From positions 1 to 57,992 of the forward strand of contig JANQRV010000384.1 in assembly GCA_028284395.1 (NCBI GenBank): a stretch of DNA of 57,992 nucleotides. The letters are read 5' to 3'. Below, piece after piece: positions 1-9,841 of this stretch. How positions within the stretch are numbered: position 1 is the first letter of the stretch; each line of letters opens with the position of its first letter. This DNA is from Saprospiraceae bacterium. Its GTDB lineage: Bacteria > Bacteroidota > Bacteroidia > Chitinophagales > Saprospiraceae. A program made the position numbers and the translations under genes. The notes under the pieces were generated by a model. The model saw nothing but the letters and a program-made list of their open reading frames with translations, did no database searches and had not been told where the DNA came from.

Positions 1-1255
1 CAATGATGTGTTGCACCTGTACGGCTTGCGCGGTGGAGGCCTGAAAAGTGCTATCTTTTGCCTGCGCATAGGATTGATGATAATCTAAGGCCGTACGATA
101 GTCTCCCATTTCTCCGTACATTTTTGAAAAAAGAAGATAAACATCCGGTAAGACGGTGGGGTTGCCTTCTCCTGAGAAGTAATCGCGGCAAAGTGCCAGC
201 TCCTTCTTCGCGTGGTCAAATTTGCGTTCTGCAATGAAAGCTTTGGCTCGGGCCAGTCGGGCGTCGTAAATGTCTCTCGTACTGTTTTGACTAACCGCCA
301 GGGTAAAGGCGGTGTCAAAGAGTCCCTTGGCTTTCTCGATGGCCTGCTTGTGTAGATGTATCTGTCCGATTCGCAGTAAGATGTTACTCGTCAAGTTTGC
401 ATTTTCCGATTGTTCAAAAAACGAACGGGCTTCCTCGTAATAGGAAAGCGCTCGATCCAATTCTCCTCTACGATCGTGTATGACTCCAAGATCCCGAAGC
501 GACTCGCCACGGGAGCGGACGAATTTTTTTTCCTCAGCAATCTTCAGGGATCTCAGGGCATAATCACGGGCCAGATCCCACTGCTCGAGTTGCTGATAAA
601 CGTGCGTCAACCGTTTGGTAACCATCATTATTCCTACCTCAGCATGCTTCTGCTCGTAATATTTCAATGCGATGCGATACTCCGCAAGTGCTTGCTCATA
701 GGCCCCCAACTCAAAGAAAGTATTGCCCAAACCACGCCTGGCCTGGATTTCTCCACTGTATCTATTTTTCTCCTTGGCCACTTTCAATGACTCCTGATAA
801 AACTGGAGCGCAGAGTCCAACTTACCGACTGCCAGATAATTCCCTCCCTGGATGGCCCAGACAATATCTGCCTCCGGATGATCAAAGCCGGTCTCCAATA
901 TTTCAATACACTCCCGCATGGTCGTCAGTGCATCTTTGTTATTCCCCCAAATCCGCATGTAGGAAGCTTTCCCGATGTTGGCTTCAACCAAGGTATATTG
1001 ATCACCTGCCTCGCGAGCAGCAACTACGGCCTCCACAAAAAATTCTTGAGCCTCCTTGTAATGCTGGTGTTTGCCGGCTAGTTTTCCCAGTTTCCAGAGG
1101 GTGATGCCCGTCAACTTCCGGTCGGCATTTTGACGCGCACTTTCCAGCGTATCCATCAATCCGGCAGCAGCTTCAGCAAAAGAAGGGGATCCTGTTTGCG
1201 TACGAGCCTCCATGCCGAACCAGGCGATCATCAAAACAGTCAGGTAGATCCTCAT
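1..1255 (-). CDS. TPR-repeat protein with N-terminal signal peptide. The start is the ATG at 1255-1253 (MRIYLTVLMIAWFGMEA...). The C-terminus runs off the window start, so the gene is partial.
   Basis: I translated the minus strand by hand from 1255. It reads MRIYLTVLMIAWFGMEARTQTGSPSFAEAAAGLMDTLE... and then continues in the same frame through many 34-residue TPR-like units (A/Y/L spacing). My hand translation showed no stop in this frame through 1 and the frame was not machine-verified. The gene is absent from the ORF track only because it has no in-window stop. The plus-strand ORFs 410..790 and 667..1104 are antisense artefacts. Confidence 0.55.
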   Translation of the reverse strand, partial: MRIYLTVLMIAWFGMEARTQTGSPSFAEAAAGLMDTLESARQNADRKLTGITLWKLGKLAGKHQHYKEAQEFFVEAVVAAREAGDQYTLVEANIGKASYMRIWGNNKDALTTMRECIEILETGFDHPEADIVWAIQGGNYLAVGKLDSALQFYQESLKVAKEKNRYSGEIQARRGLGNTFFELGAYEQALAEYRIALKYYEQKHAEVGIMMVTKRLTHVYQQLEQWDLARDYALRSLKIAEEKKFVRSRGESLRDLGVIHDRRGELDRALSYYEEARSFFEQSENANLTSNILLRIGQIHLHKQAIEKAKGLFDTAFTLAVSQNSTRDIYDARLARAKAFIAERKFDHAKKELALCRDYFSGEGNPTVLPDVYLLFSKMYGEMGDYRTALDYHQSYAQAKDSTFQASTAQAVQVQHII

Positions 1256-1265
1256 AAGTTCGCAT

Positions 1266-1922
1266 TTAGCCGTCCAATAATCCTTTCTCGATAGCCACCC
1301 TCACCAGTCCTACCGAATTTCGGACTCCAAATTTACTGAGTAGGTTTTTCCGGTGAGTCTCTACCGTATTTAAACTAATGAACAGATTTTTGGAGATTTC
1401 CTGTGTCGTATATTCTTCAGCAATCAGTTTCAGAACTTCCTTTTCGCGACGGGTCAGCTCGGGAATAAAATCACTGCGGCTTTTATCCTTTTTTAGTAAG
1501 CTATTCATTAGAGCTTGTGAAACCTGTTGACTAACGTAAGTTTCTCCATCGATGATGGTCCGAATGGCTTTGAGCAACTCTTCCTTCCCAGCATTCTTCA
1601 GGATATAACCACTCGCACCGCTCTTAAACATTTGTTGGATAAAACTTCCTTTATCGTACATGGTGAGCGCCAGTATTTTAACTTCGGGGTGATCTTTCGA
1701 TAGGCGTTTACAGATATCGATGCCGTTGATGTCCGGCAAATTGATGTCCAGCAGTACCAGGTCTATCTCCCGTTGATCAATTAACTGGAATGCTTGTTTT
1801 CCCGTAGAAGCCTCCGCCACGCATTCCAGGTCTTGTTCATCTTCGATCATCAGTTTAATGCCGTCAATCACTACTTGGTGATCATCAACGATCATCATTT
1901 TTATGGGTTTTCGGTCGGCCAT
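1266..1922 (-). CDS. Two-component response regulator, NarL/FixJ (LuxR-type HTH) family
   Basis: Receiver-domain motifs (MMIVDDHQVVIDGIK...DLVLLDINLPDINGIDI...KILALTMYD) and a C-terminal LuxR HTH (TRREKEVLKLIAEEYTTQEISKNLFISLNTVETHRKNLLSKFGV). Confidence 0.9.
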   Translation of the reverse strand: MADRKPIKMMIVDDHQVVIDGIKLMIEDEQDLECVAEASTGKQAFQLIDQREIDLVLLDINLPDINGIDICKRLSKDHPEVKILALTMYDKGSFIQQMFKSGASGYILKNAGKEELLKAIRTIIDGETYVSQQVSQALMNSLLKKDKSRSDFIPELTRREKEVLKLIAEEYTTQEISKNLFISLNTVETHRKNLLSKFGVRNSVGLVRVAIEKGLLDG

Positions 1923-2139
1923 TCGTACTTATTTTATAAACTCCACCAAGTTAATTTAAAAATTCACATCGAAGTGGTCTAAAGTTTTCTGCCGCTGGTG
2001 AAAAACGCGAATTTTAAGTCCAATTGTGGTCAATTTTTCACTACATAGCAGCGCTACGCTGTTAAAAATTGGCAAAAAGTGGGCTTGAAAGACGTTTTTG
2101 TAGCCCCGCAAGGAAACTTTAGGCAACTTCATTCTGAAG

Positions 2140-2778
2140 TTAAACAATATCTGTGGGAAAAGTAATGATAATTTTAGCTTCACCATCCGTATACCATTCA
2201 TAATGAACTTCTCCATTCAGAATGGAGGTATAACATTGAATGAGATTGAGGTCCTTTTCAAAATCTGGATAGTAACTGACGATGCCATCCGTATATACGT
2301 AAAAAAGGAGGTGATCAGTAGACCGATCACATTCAATGGTGACTTCCTCTATTCCTTTATTTTTGCTAAAAAACCGGAGTATCGTTTCAAATAATCGGTA
2401 GATCAAAACTGCTTCATGACTTTGGGCATCCGAGTCAAGGTTGTGGAGATAGGAATGGATCGAAATGCCCGTCTTGGCTTGGGTATCATAGAATAGTTCT
2501 CTTAAGGCGAGATCTAAGCCGAGGTGCATCAGCGTATGGGGCATGATCTCATGCGACAATTTCCGGGTTTCCTCAATTGCCGCATTGACCAAGTTGTATA
2601 CCTTGCCCATGATTAGATTATCGACCAGGTTGTCTTGTTCAATCACATTCAAATTATAGTTGATGACCGACAATAAGCTACCGATGTCATCCAATAATTC
2701 CTGGGAATATTGCTGTCGCATTGTTTTCTCGTTCCTGAGCACGCTTTGTAGCGCAGCAATTCTATTCTCATGTGTCAT
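2140..2778 (-). CDS. Cytoplasmic sensor histidine kinase, NarX-like HisKA_3 plus HATPase_c, with no transmembrane segment
   Basis: 212 aa. It has a dimerisation/phospho-acceptor-like helix region followed by a GHKL ATPase-like C-terminus. It lies just upstream of the LuxR-type regulator on the same strand, the usual pairing for HisKA_3 kinases. Confidence 0.65.
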   Translation of the reverse strand: MTHENRIAALQSVLRNEKTMRQQYSQELLDDIGSLLSVINYNLNVIEQDNLVDNLIMGKVYNLVNAAIEETRKLSHEIMPHTLMHLGLDLALRELFYDTQAKTGISIHSYLHNLDSDAQSHEAVLIYRLFETILRFFSKNKGIEEVTIECDRSTDHLLFYVYTDGIVSYYPDFEKDLNLIQCYTSILNGEVHYEWYTDGEAKIIITFPTDIV

Positions 2779-3320
2779 TTGTTTTCTAATTTAAGGGTGT
2801 TAAACATTTTCCCAAGCTCTATCAGATCAAATAGGCCACTTGTCAAAGAAATAAATCCCCTTGATCAGAATCAGAAACCAAATTTGATGACTTACTTAAT
2901 TCATGACCAATTATCGGAAAAATGCCGGTGATGCAGCAAAACAGGTCGACCATCTTGTAGATCCACCTGTCGTACTGCATTATCACGCGGCCCCCTGTTT
3001 TCATTTGGCTCATAACCAAGCAATCATTTGGTTTTCTGTTTGGGTTGCATCAACATTAATCACAGGACAAAGGTCCGTACTTTGCCATCTCTACGAATCC
3101 CCAGAAACATCCGAAATGGCTTTTCACTATTAATGGTTAGGTCACATCACGGAATTCCGGGAGGCGTGGGGCGCACTTCCCAACTTTTCTTTCCAATTTG
3201 CGGTTTGATACTTATAGGTACCACGGCACCATTACTCCGGAAACCCCTGGCGCCTTTTGATAAAATACTTCTCCGCCCGAATGATTTCCTTTAGGCGGAG
3301 TTCTAAAAAATTATTGCTCC

Positions 3321-4544
3321 ATGCTCAATACCGAAGTCGTAAAACACGAGTTCCCAATTTTTGACCAAGCGGTATACAATGGTAAGCCCTTAGTTTATCT
3401 CGACAATGCAGCCACCACTCAAAAACCCCGTAGCGTCATCGACGCAATCAGTGACTTTTACGGGCATCACAATGCCAACATCCATCGCGGAATTTATCGG
3501 CTTTCCCAACGGGCAACGGAGCGGTATGACGACGTACGTGAAAAAGTAAAGAATTTGGTGAATGCCAATAGTAATCGGGAAATAGTTTTCACAAAAGGGA
3601 CAACGGAGAGTATTAATTTAGTAGCCCGGTCTTATTTGGATGCCCGCTTGAAGGAAGGAGACAACATCGTTATATCCGCTATGGAACACCACTCTAACAT
3701 GATCCCCTGGCAAGCGGCGTGTCAAAGAAAAGGAGCAGAAATCAGGGTTGCACCAATCAGCGAATTGGGCGTATTGGATCTGGAGAAATTAGCTCCTTTA
3801 GTGGATTCCAAAACAAAATTAATCGCTATTGTCCACATCTCCAATACGTTGGGCACGGTCAATCCGATTCGGGAAATCATCGAAATTGGTCACCAAAAGG
3901 GGGTTCCGGTCTTGGTAGATGCCGCCCAAAGTCTGGCCTATCATGCCATCGACGTACAATCCTGGGATTGTGATTTTCTGGTCGGATCCTCCCACAAGAT
4001 GTTCGGCCCTACCGGTGTAGGTTTTCTCTACGCAAAAGCGGCACATCTCTTGGCCATGGAACCCTATCAATACGGAGGAGATATGATCCGTTCCGTTTCT
4101 TATCAAGAAGCTACGTACGCCGACATTCCCCGAAAATTCGAAGGAGGAACGCCCAACATTGCCGGCATCATCGGATTCGGGGCGGCCATCGACTACATTC
4201 AAAGCCTCGACCGCGGTGCTGTGCGACGCCATTTGATGGAATTGCGCGACTATGCAACCGCGGGCCTCAATCAATTGGGAGGAATCCGCATCATCGGAAA
4301 TGCCCCCGATAAAAGCGGTATCGTCTCCTTTATCATTCCGGGCATTCATCCACACGACATCGCGACCTTTTTGGACGAAGACAACGTGTGCATTCGGGCG
4401 GGACACCACTGCACTCAACCGCTGATGGACTTTTTCCGGGTCCCTGCCACGGTCAGGGCCTCTTTCGCAGTCTACAACAATACCAAAGACTTGGATATTC
4501 TCTTGGAGAGTCTGATTCGGGTCAAGGAGTTTTTTGGAAAATAA
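3321..4544 (+). CDS. sufS: Cysteine desulfurase SufS (class-V aminotransferase, group II)
   Basis: 407 aa. It carries the PLP-enzyme signature (VGSSHKMFGPTGVGFLY), an HHNANIHRG motif and the C-terminal RAGHHCTQPLM active-site Cys loop typical of SufS/CsdA. Confidence 0.9.
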   Translation: MLNTEVVKHEFPIFDQAVYNGKPLVYLDNAATTQKPRSVIDAISDFYGHHNANIHRGIYRLSQRATERYDDVREKVKNLVNANSNREIVFTKGTTESINLVARSYLDARLKEGDNIVISAMEHHSNMIPWQAACQRKGAEIRVAPISELGVLDLEKLAPLVDSKTKLIAIVHISNTLGTVNPIREIIEIGHQKGVPVLVDAAQSLAYHAIDVQSWDCDFLVGSSHKMFGPTGVGFLYAKAAHLLAMEPYQYGGDMIRSVSYQEATYADIPRKFEGGTPNIAGIIGFGAAIDYIQSLDRGAVRRHLMELRDYATAGLNQLGGIRIIGNAPDKSGIVSFIIPGIHPHDIATFLDEDNVCIRAGHHCTQPLMDFFRVPATVRASFAVYNNTKDLDILLESLIRVKEFFGK

Positions 4545-4559
4545 TGATAACTTGATCGG

Positions 4560-5000
4560 ATGGAAGAAAAGATGAGAATGCTCTATAAGAAGGTAATCCT
4601 TCAACACAACGACCATCCGGTCGCCTATGAAGAGCGGGAAGACGCACAATTCTCGATTGAGGCCTATAACCCGCTCTGTGGTGACCGCTTTAAGCTCTAT
4701 TTAAATTTTGAAAACAGCCGGGTGAAAAATGTTTGGTTTTATGGGTATGGCTGCGCCATTTCCAAAGCTTCCACTTCGGTTTTAGTTAAAAAGATCCGGG
4801 GTTTGACTAGGGCTGAAGTTGCACTGTTGTTTGATTCATTCTATGAGATTGTTTCACCTGGTGCACAAAATAACGGAGCTACACAGGATGAAGAACTTGA
4901 AGCATTTGGAGGTGCCAGACATTTTCCGGGCCGCCTTAAATGCGCTACCCTCAGTTGGGATAGCCTAAAGGAATTTATGGAACGACAGGAATCAGTCTGA
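4560..5000 (+). CDS. sufU: SUF-system NifU/IscU-like Fe-S scaffold (SufU-like)
   Basis: YNPLCGD and GCAISKAS motifs (the SufU/IscU cysteine ligands). It starts 16 bp downstream of sufS. Confidence 0.7.
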   Translation: MEEKMRMLYKKVILQHNDHPVAYEEREDAQFSIEAYNPLCGDRFKLYLNFENSRVKNVWFYGYGCAISKASTSVLVKKIRGLTRAEVALLFDSFYEIVSPGAQNNGATQDEELEAFGGARHFPGRLKCATLSWDSLKEFMERQESV

Positions 5001-5079
5001 CACGTTAATTGGGGTCTAAATCTGGTTTTATTGGGGTATGTAGATTGCCTTCATAATAATTCTTTAATGGTGTATGCCT

Positions 5080-5424
5080 CTACTTTTTCCCTTGTATTTC
5101 GCTGCTTTTGGCAGTCGGAACATCTACGTAAGAAAAGGCCGGCTGTGTTTTGTTATTGACACACAAATCTTCCTTCGATTTGTTGTGGTATTTTTGATCC
5201 ATTGCGTCCACCAAGGAATTGTATTTATGTTCTAACCAAGCTTTATCTGCTGCAGAAGCTTTGGTCAAGTCAATGGTCTTTACGTAGGCATTATAGGCTT
5301 TTAGCGTCTTCAATTCCGGTTTGGGGGTCTTGTTGATCGCGTTTGCCACCTGAGCGTCTGCCATCTGGAAGGTCAAAGTGGACAACACTACTGCTACTGC
5401 GAAACTTCTAATAAGGGTCTTCAT
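5080..5424 (-). CDS. Small secreted hypothetical protein (signal peptide)
   Basis: 114 aa. N-terminal MKTLIRSFAVAVVLSTLTFQMADAQ is a signal peptide. I recognise no other domain. Confidence 0.45.
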   Translation of the reverse strand: MKTLIRSFAVAVVLSTLTFQMADAQVANAINKTPKPELKTLKAYNAYVKTIDLTKASAADKAWLEHKYNSLVDAMDQKYHNKSKEDLCVNNKTQPAFSYVDVPTAKSSEIQGKK

Positions 5425-5836
5425 AATCTACTATTCTAAAATTGGAATTGATTTCGAATACATTACAAAGTTGCAGGTATCCAGGACGGAATGCAAGTTC
5501 GAAATGGATGTGGTCGACAAGAGTACTGAAAAGTCACTTATTCCTGGCTCTGGTTTAGACGAACGACCTATTTTTACCGATGAATACTCCAACTTGGGTT
5601 TTAGGCCATTTGGGAACAAATCCTCTACTAATCGACAATTATAACCGATAAGTGGTATTCTAACGGGGGATGAAGTCCTGATTTGGAATGCTTCTGGTCA
5701 GATTCTGGTAAAGTGCAAACTACCTGACCGCATGCTCATTTTATTCCGAATTATTAATAAAAAGAGCTATATTTCGACTTCTTCGGAAGCTGTTCCGGAA
5801 AATGAATTTTAGGTTTGAAGAATTGAAAAAAGTTAT

Positions 5837-6940
5837 ATGAAGTTATTTCGACTACTATTATTGAGTTGGATAATCACAATTTCTGGCCAGCTAGGAGCTC
5901 AAGATATTCACTTCTCTTTGTTCAATATGTCTCCCCTGACACTTAATCCAGCCCATACCGGAGCGTTTGAGGGTACTGCCCGAATCGGAGGTATCTACCG
6001 GGATCAATGGGCCAGCATTGTCAGCGACCAATTCCAAACACCTTCCTTTTATGTCGATTCCCCCATTCTACGCGGTTTAGGTAAGTACGATTGGGTAGGA
6101 GTTGGCGGAACCATGTTCAGCGATCGAGCAGGATCACTTGACTTTGGCACCAGTGGATTTCTTTTCTCGGCAGCCTACCACCGGGCCCTCAGTAAAAAGA
6201 ACGCCGACCATGTTTTGACACTTGGTATTCAAGGAGGACAGATTTCCAGGGGGCTCATAACACGAAATTTACTCCTGGGCTCTGGAATTGAAGCTGCCGG
6301 AGGAGGTTTTACCGTCACCAATGGGCCAGCCATGGATACCGGTTTTGGCAGTGGCGGATCTACGGGAGGAGGACAAGGTAGTCCGGACGAAAGAGACCTC
6401 GAGCAGAATTACTTTGATATCAGCGCCGGTTTAATGCTTCGCTCTGCACTCAGTGAAGATGCAAATCTTGAAGTAGGCATTGCCGCCCATCACCTGAATC
6501 AGGGAGAATACGGCTTGTTAAACCGCGGCCAGACCCAAGGAACCGATACCAGAAGGTCGCAACGCCCAATGACGCTTAACTTCCACAGTAGACTGCGCTA
6601 TCAGATGAATGAAAAATGGAGTATTACCCCAGGATTGTTACTGCGCACAACAGAGGGTACTTCGCCGGAAATCGCTTTACAAAGCTGGTTGGGACGCAGG
6701 ATCAATGATGAGTTCATCCTCAATTTCGGAGCTGCATATCGCCTCAATGACGCAGGTGAATTGCTGGTCGGTGTAGACTATAATGACAACATCCGGGTGG
6801 CACTCAGCTATGACATCAATGTCTCCTCGCTAAATACCGTGAGTAATTATCAGGGCAGTTTTGAAATAGCAGCGTCCTATATTATCAAGATATACAAATC
6901 TCCAAAGGCAAATCCGACGATTTTATGTCCTAAGTTTTAA
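5837..6940 (+). CDS. Type IX secretion system membrane protein, PorP/SprF family
   Basis: Signal peptide followed by QDIHFSLFNMSPLTLNPAHTG, which matches the PorP/SprF N-terminal signature (QDPHFSQY..NPLYLNPA). The rest is beta-barrel-like Gly/aromatic-rich sequence. Confidence 0.8.
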   Translation: MKLFRLLLLSWIITISGQLGAQDIHFSLFNMSPLTLNPAHTGAFEGTARIGGIYRDQWASIVSDQFQTPSFYVDSPILRGLGKYDWVGVGGTMFSDRAGSLDFGTSGFLFSAAYHRALSKKNADHVLTLGIQGGQISRGLITRNLLLGSGIEAAGGGFTVTNGPAMDTGFGSGGSTGGGQGSPDERDLEQNYFDISAGLMLRSALSEDANLEVGIAAHHLNQGEYGLLNRGQTQGTDTRRSQRPMTLNFHSRLRYQMNEKWSITPGLLLRTTEGTSPEIALQSWLGRRINDEFILNFGAAYRLNDAGELLVGVDYNDNIRVALSYDINVSSLNTVSNYQGSFEIAASYIIKIYKSPKANPTILCPKF

Positions 6941-7035
6941 CAAATCGTTAAGCAAAAAAAGCAGGGCTACCCCGTTATAAAAAACGAGTTAGTCGATCAA
7001 TTGACACAAAGCATTCAACAAAATATAATAGGCTT

Positions 7036-9570
7036 ATGAGAAGCTATATTATTCTACCCTTTTTAATGGCCGGAGTTTTGGCCTTATCCGCACAACCAAT
7101 TTCCAAGCCCAAATACGATGAACTGGTTGAGTTTGCCGGGGAGCTCCACGCCAACCACAATTATGTCATGGCACTGGAAAAGTATGAGGAAGCCTATGAC
7201 GATAAGAAAGACCGGGCATTAACCTTACCCATTGCACAACTGCACTACCTGGTCAGAGATTATACGAAGGCCGAAAGATGGTACGACCGTTTGCTGAAAA
7301 GGGATAAAGAGAATAAATATGCTGAAGAGCGCTTTGCCTATGGTCGCGTATTGAAAATGAACGGCATCTATGACGAAGCCATTACGGAGCTTCAAACCTT
7401 TGTCGAAGAAACGGAAAACGATTCGCTGCGCACGTTAGCCAAAGCGGAGATTGCCGGTGCTCAGATGGCAATGGAAATGCCGGAAAACACCAGTTCTGTT
7501 GAAATTCTCAATGTAGGTCGCGATGTCAACTCCAGTTTCTCGGAGTATACTCCAGCGCTTGGAAGAGGTGGTCAAGCCCTGTATTTCACAGCATTTGACA
7601 CCAAAAGTGTCATCGAAATCAAAGATCCAAGCGACGACAAAATCTTTGCTAAAATATATCAATCCCAAAAGGAAGACGATGGTTGGTCAAAACCCAAAGT
7701 ACTGGAACCTAAGATCAATCGCCCGGGCGTACACAATGCCAATGTGTCGATTTCCCCGGATGGCAATACCATGTTCATTACCCGAGCCATTCTAAATGGC
7801 AATGTGCTCGAACAGAGCAAAATCTATTACTGCGTTGGTGGTGAGGGCTCCTGGGGAGCTGCCAATGAGGTTAAGGGCATCAATGGTGATTACATCGTCA
7901 CAAATCCGGTGGTTGGCGAACTGTTTGGCAAGGAAGTCCTGTTCTTCGTCTCAGACATGCCGGGCGGATACGGCGGATTTGACATATACTACGCAACTCG
8001 CACCGGTGATGGCGAATACGACCTTCCCGTCAACCTCGGGGAAACCATTAATACCATCGCCGATGACGAGACACCATTTTACTTTGATGGCACCTTGTAC
8101 TTCAGCTCCACCGGACATCCCGGCCTGGGAGGTTTCGACCTTTTCTACAGTGTTTGGGATGGTACTAAATGGAGTGATCCACAAAATATGGGCAAAGGAT
8201 TTAATACCAGTGTAGATGACCGCGCACTTTTCATGAGCGAAGACGGATATACCGGCTTCATGACTTCCAACCGGGAAGGAGGGCGTTCTACCCATGGCAA
8301 AACTTGCTGTGATGATATCTACTCTTTTGAAATTGCCAAGTTGTATGCAGATTTAGTGACGGGTGTTTTTGACGATAAAAAACAGGTACTGAAAGGTGCA
8401 ACTGTCGAATTGGTACAAATGCAAAATGACATCCGCGGTAAAGCAGATTCCAAGACCAACGGAAAGGGAAATCGCTTCGATTTCGGCCTTGAGTTGGAAA
8501 TGCCGTATATGCTGGTAGCAAGTAAAGAAGGATATTTTCCGGATTCCGTCACCTTTAATACCGTAGGCCTTGAAGAATCCAAGACCTTCAAACAAAACTT
8601 TTTCTTAAAAGCCAAACCCGTTCCACCACCCGAGCCCGAATACGATACCATCACCATTGAAGAAGCTTTTGTCCTCGAAAACATTCTTTATGATTTCGAT
8701 GATGACCGCATCAAAAAGGAAGCTGAAACTGATTTGGAAGTCGTTTTCGAATTAATGAACGAATATCCGGATATGAAAATCGAACTTAGTTCGCATACGG
8801 ATTATCGTGGAGACGACGCCTACAACGAAGACCTCTCCCAACGTCGTGCCGAATCGGCCCGCCGCTGGTTAATCCGGAAAGGAGTATCTCGCGACCGGAT
8901 CGAAGCCAAAGGATACGGAGAAAACAAACCCCAAACGGTGAGTGCTAAAAATGCTTTCGGTAAGGAATTTCTGGCGGAAGGTACGATTCTAACGCCCAGC
9001 TTTATCGACAGCCTCGCCAATAAAGATGAGCAAGAAGCTGCTCACGATCTCAATCGTAGAACGGAATTCAAAATCATCGAAGGGCCCACCAGTATCACGA
9101 TCAAAAGAACAAGACTGAAAAAGAACAATAAGAAAACGCCGCCAAAGCGAAACGCACTGCCCAAACCGCGGCCAAGTGCGAAAGACACGTTCAAGATCAG
9201 CAAACTATCTTCTCTTTACGGAAAAAAAATCAAAAAAGGAGTTCCGATTATGCAGTTTAAAGAGCGCATGGTCGACTTTGGTAAGGTTCCTAAAGGAGAA
9301 AAAAGATACCACATCTTTGAATTCACCAATGTGGGCGATCAAGACTTATTGATTGCCAATCACATTGCCTGTGAATGTACGACCGTAGACTATTCTATTC
9401 GGGCCGTCAAGCCTGGTGAAACCGGTGAGATCGACGTCACCTTCGACAGTACAGAAAAAGACGGAGAAGAAATCATCACCTTCGAACTCTTCCTCGAAAA
9501 CACCATTCCCGGATCAGAAGAACCCATTATTGAAAAACTTCAGTATAAATTTGAAGTAGTTGACAAATAG
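7036..9570 (+). CDS. OmpA-family outer-membrane-associated protein with TPR, PD40/TolB-like beta-propeller repeats, an OmpA C-terminal-like peptidoglycan-binding domain and a C-terminal DUF1573-like domain
   Basis: 844 aa. OmpA_C motif LSSHTDYRGDDAYNEDLSQRRAESARRWLIRKGV...KGYGENKP. A DUF1573-like end (DFGKVPKGEKRYHIFEFTNVGDQDLLI). Signal peptide present. It is directly downstream of the PorP/SprF gene. Confidence 0.8.
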   Translation: MRSYIILPFLMAGVLALSAQPISKPKYDELVEFAGELHANHNYVMALEKYEEAYDDKKDRALTLPIAQLHYLVRDYTKAERWYDRLLKRDKENKYAEERFAYGRVLKMNGIYDEAITELQTFVEETENDSLRTLAKAEIAGAQMAMEMPENTSSVEILNVGRDVNSSFSEYTPALGRGGQALYFTAFDTKSVIEIKDPSDDKIFAKIYQSQKEDDGWSKPKVLEPKINRPGVHNANVSISPDGNTMFITRAILNGNVLEQSKIYYCVGGEGSWGAANEVKGINGDYIVTNPVVGELFGKEVLFFVSDMPGGYGGFDIYYATRTGDGEYDLPVNLGETINTIADDETPFYFDGTLYFSSTGHPGLGGFDLFYSVWDGTKWSDPQNMGKGFNTSVDDRALFMSEDGYTGFMTSNREGGRSTHGKTCCDDIYSFEIAKLYADLVTGVFDDKKQVLKGATVELVQMQNDIRGKADSKTNGKGNRFDFGLELEMPYMLVASKEGYFPDSVTFNTVGLEESKTFKQNFFLKAKPVPPPEPEYDTITIEEAFVLENILYDFDDDRIKKEAETDLEVVFELMNEYPDMKIELSSHTDYRGDDAYNEDLSQRRAESARRWLIRKGVSRDRIEAKGYGENKPQTVSAKNAFGKEFLAEGTILTPSFIDSLANKDEQEAAHDLNRRTEFKIIEGPTSITIKRTRLKKNNKKTPPKRNALPKPRPSAKDTFKISKLSSLYGKKIKKGVPIMQFKERMVDFGKVPKGEKRYHIFEFTNVGDQDLLIANHIACECTTVDYSIRAVKPGETGEIDVTFDSTEKDGEEIITFELFLENTIPGSEEPIIEKLQYKFEVVDK

Positions 9571-9677
9571 CACCTGTTTTTCCATATACCTACAACGCTG
9601 ATTAGCAGGATATTAAAAAAACAAAGCGCATTTTCCATCATTCCTTATTTAGACAAAATCTAAATAAAACTAAGGTA

Positions 9678-9685
9678 TAACTTTG
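9678..9685 (+). promoter_or_regulatory. Candidate Bacteroidetes sigma-A -7 element (TAACTTTG, consensus TAnnTTTG) upstream of nqrA
   Basis: Exact match to TAnnTTTG in the 270 bp AT-rich region preceding nqrA. A second match, TATCTTTG, lies at 9721..9728. Confidence 0.25.
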
Positions 9686-9841
9686 CGCTTAACTGCATTC
9701 TTTTTAATTGAAAAGGTTTATATCTTTGCGGTGATTTTGAGAACCACATCGTATAAGCGGCCTGAAAACCAGTAATTTCTCTCATAGAAATAGCGGTCCG
9801 CAGGCGCCAGATCTACGAATGTTCTTATCTAATAAGCGCAA

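Noticed and set aside
410-1104. Plus-strand ORFs 410..790, 667..1104 and 878..1081
   Set aside because: They are antisense to the long TPR-protein frame that starts at 1255 on the minus strand. They have low complexity and no motifs.
3819-4649. 276 aa minus-strand ORF antisense to sufS
   Set aside because: The plus-strand frame carries unmistakable SufS motifs. The antisense ORF has no recognisable features and is a GC-skew artefact.
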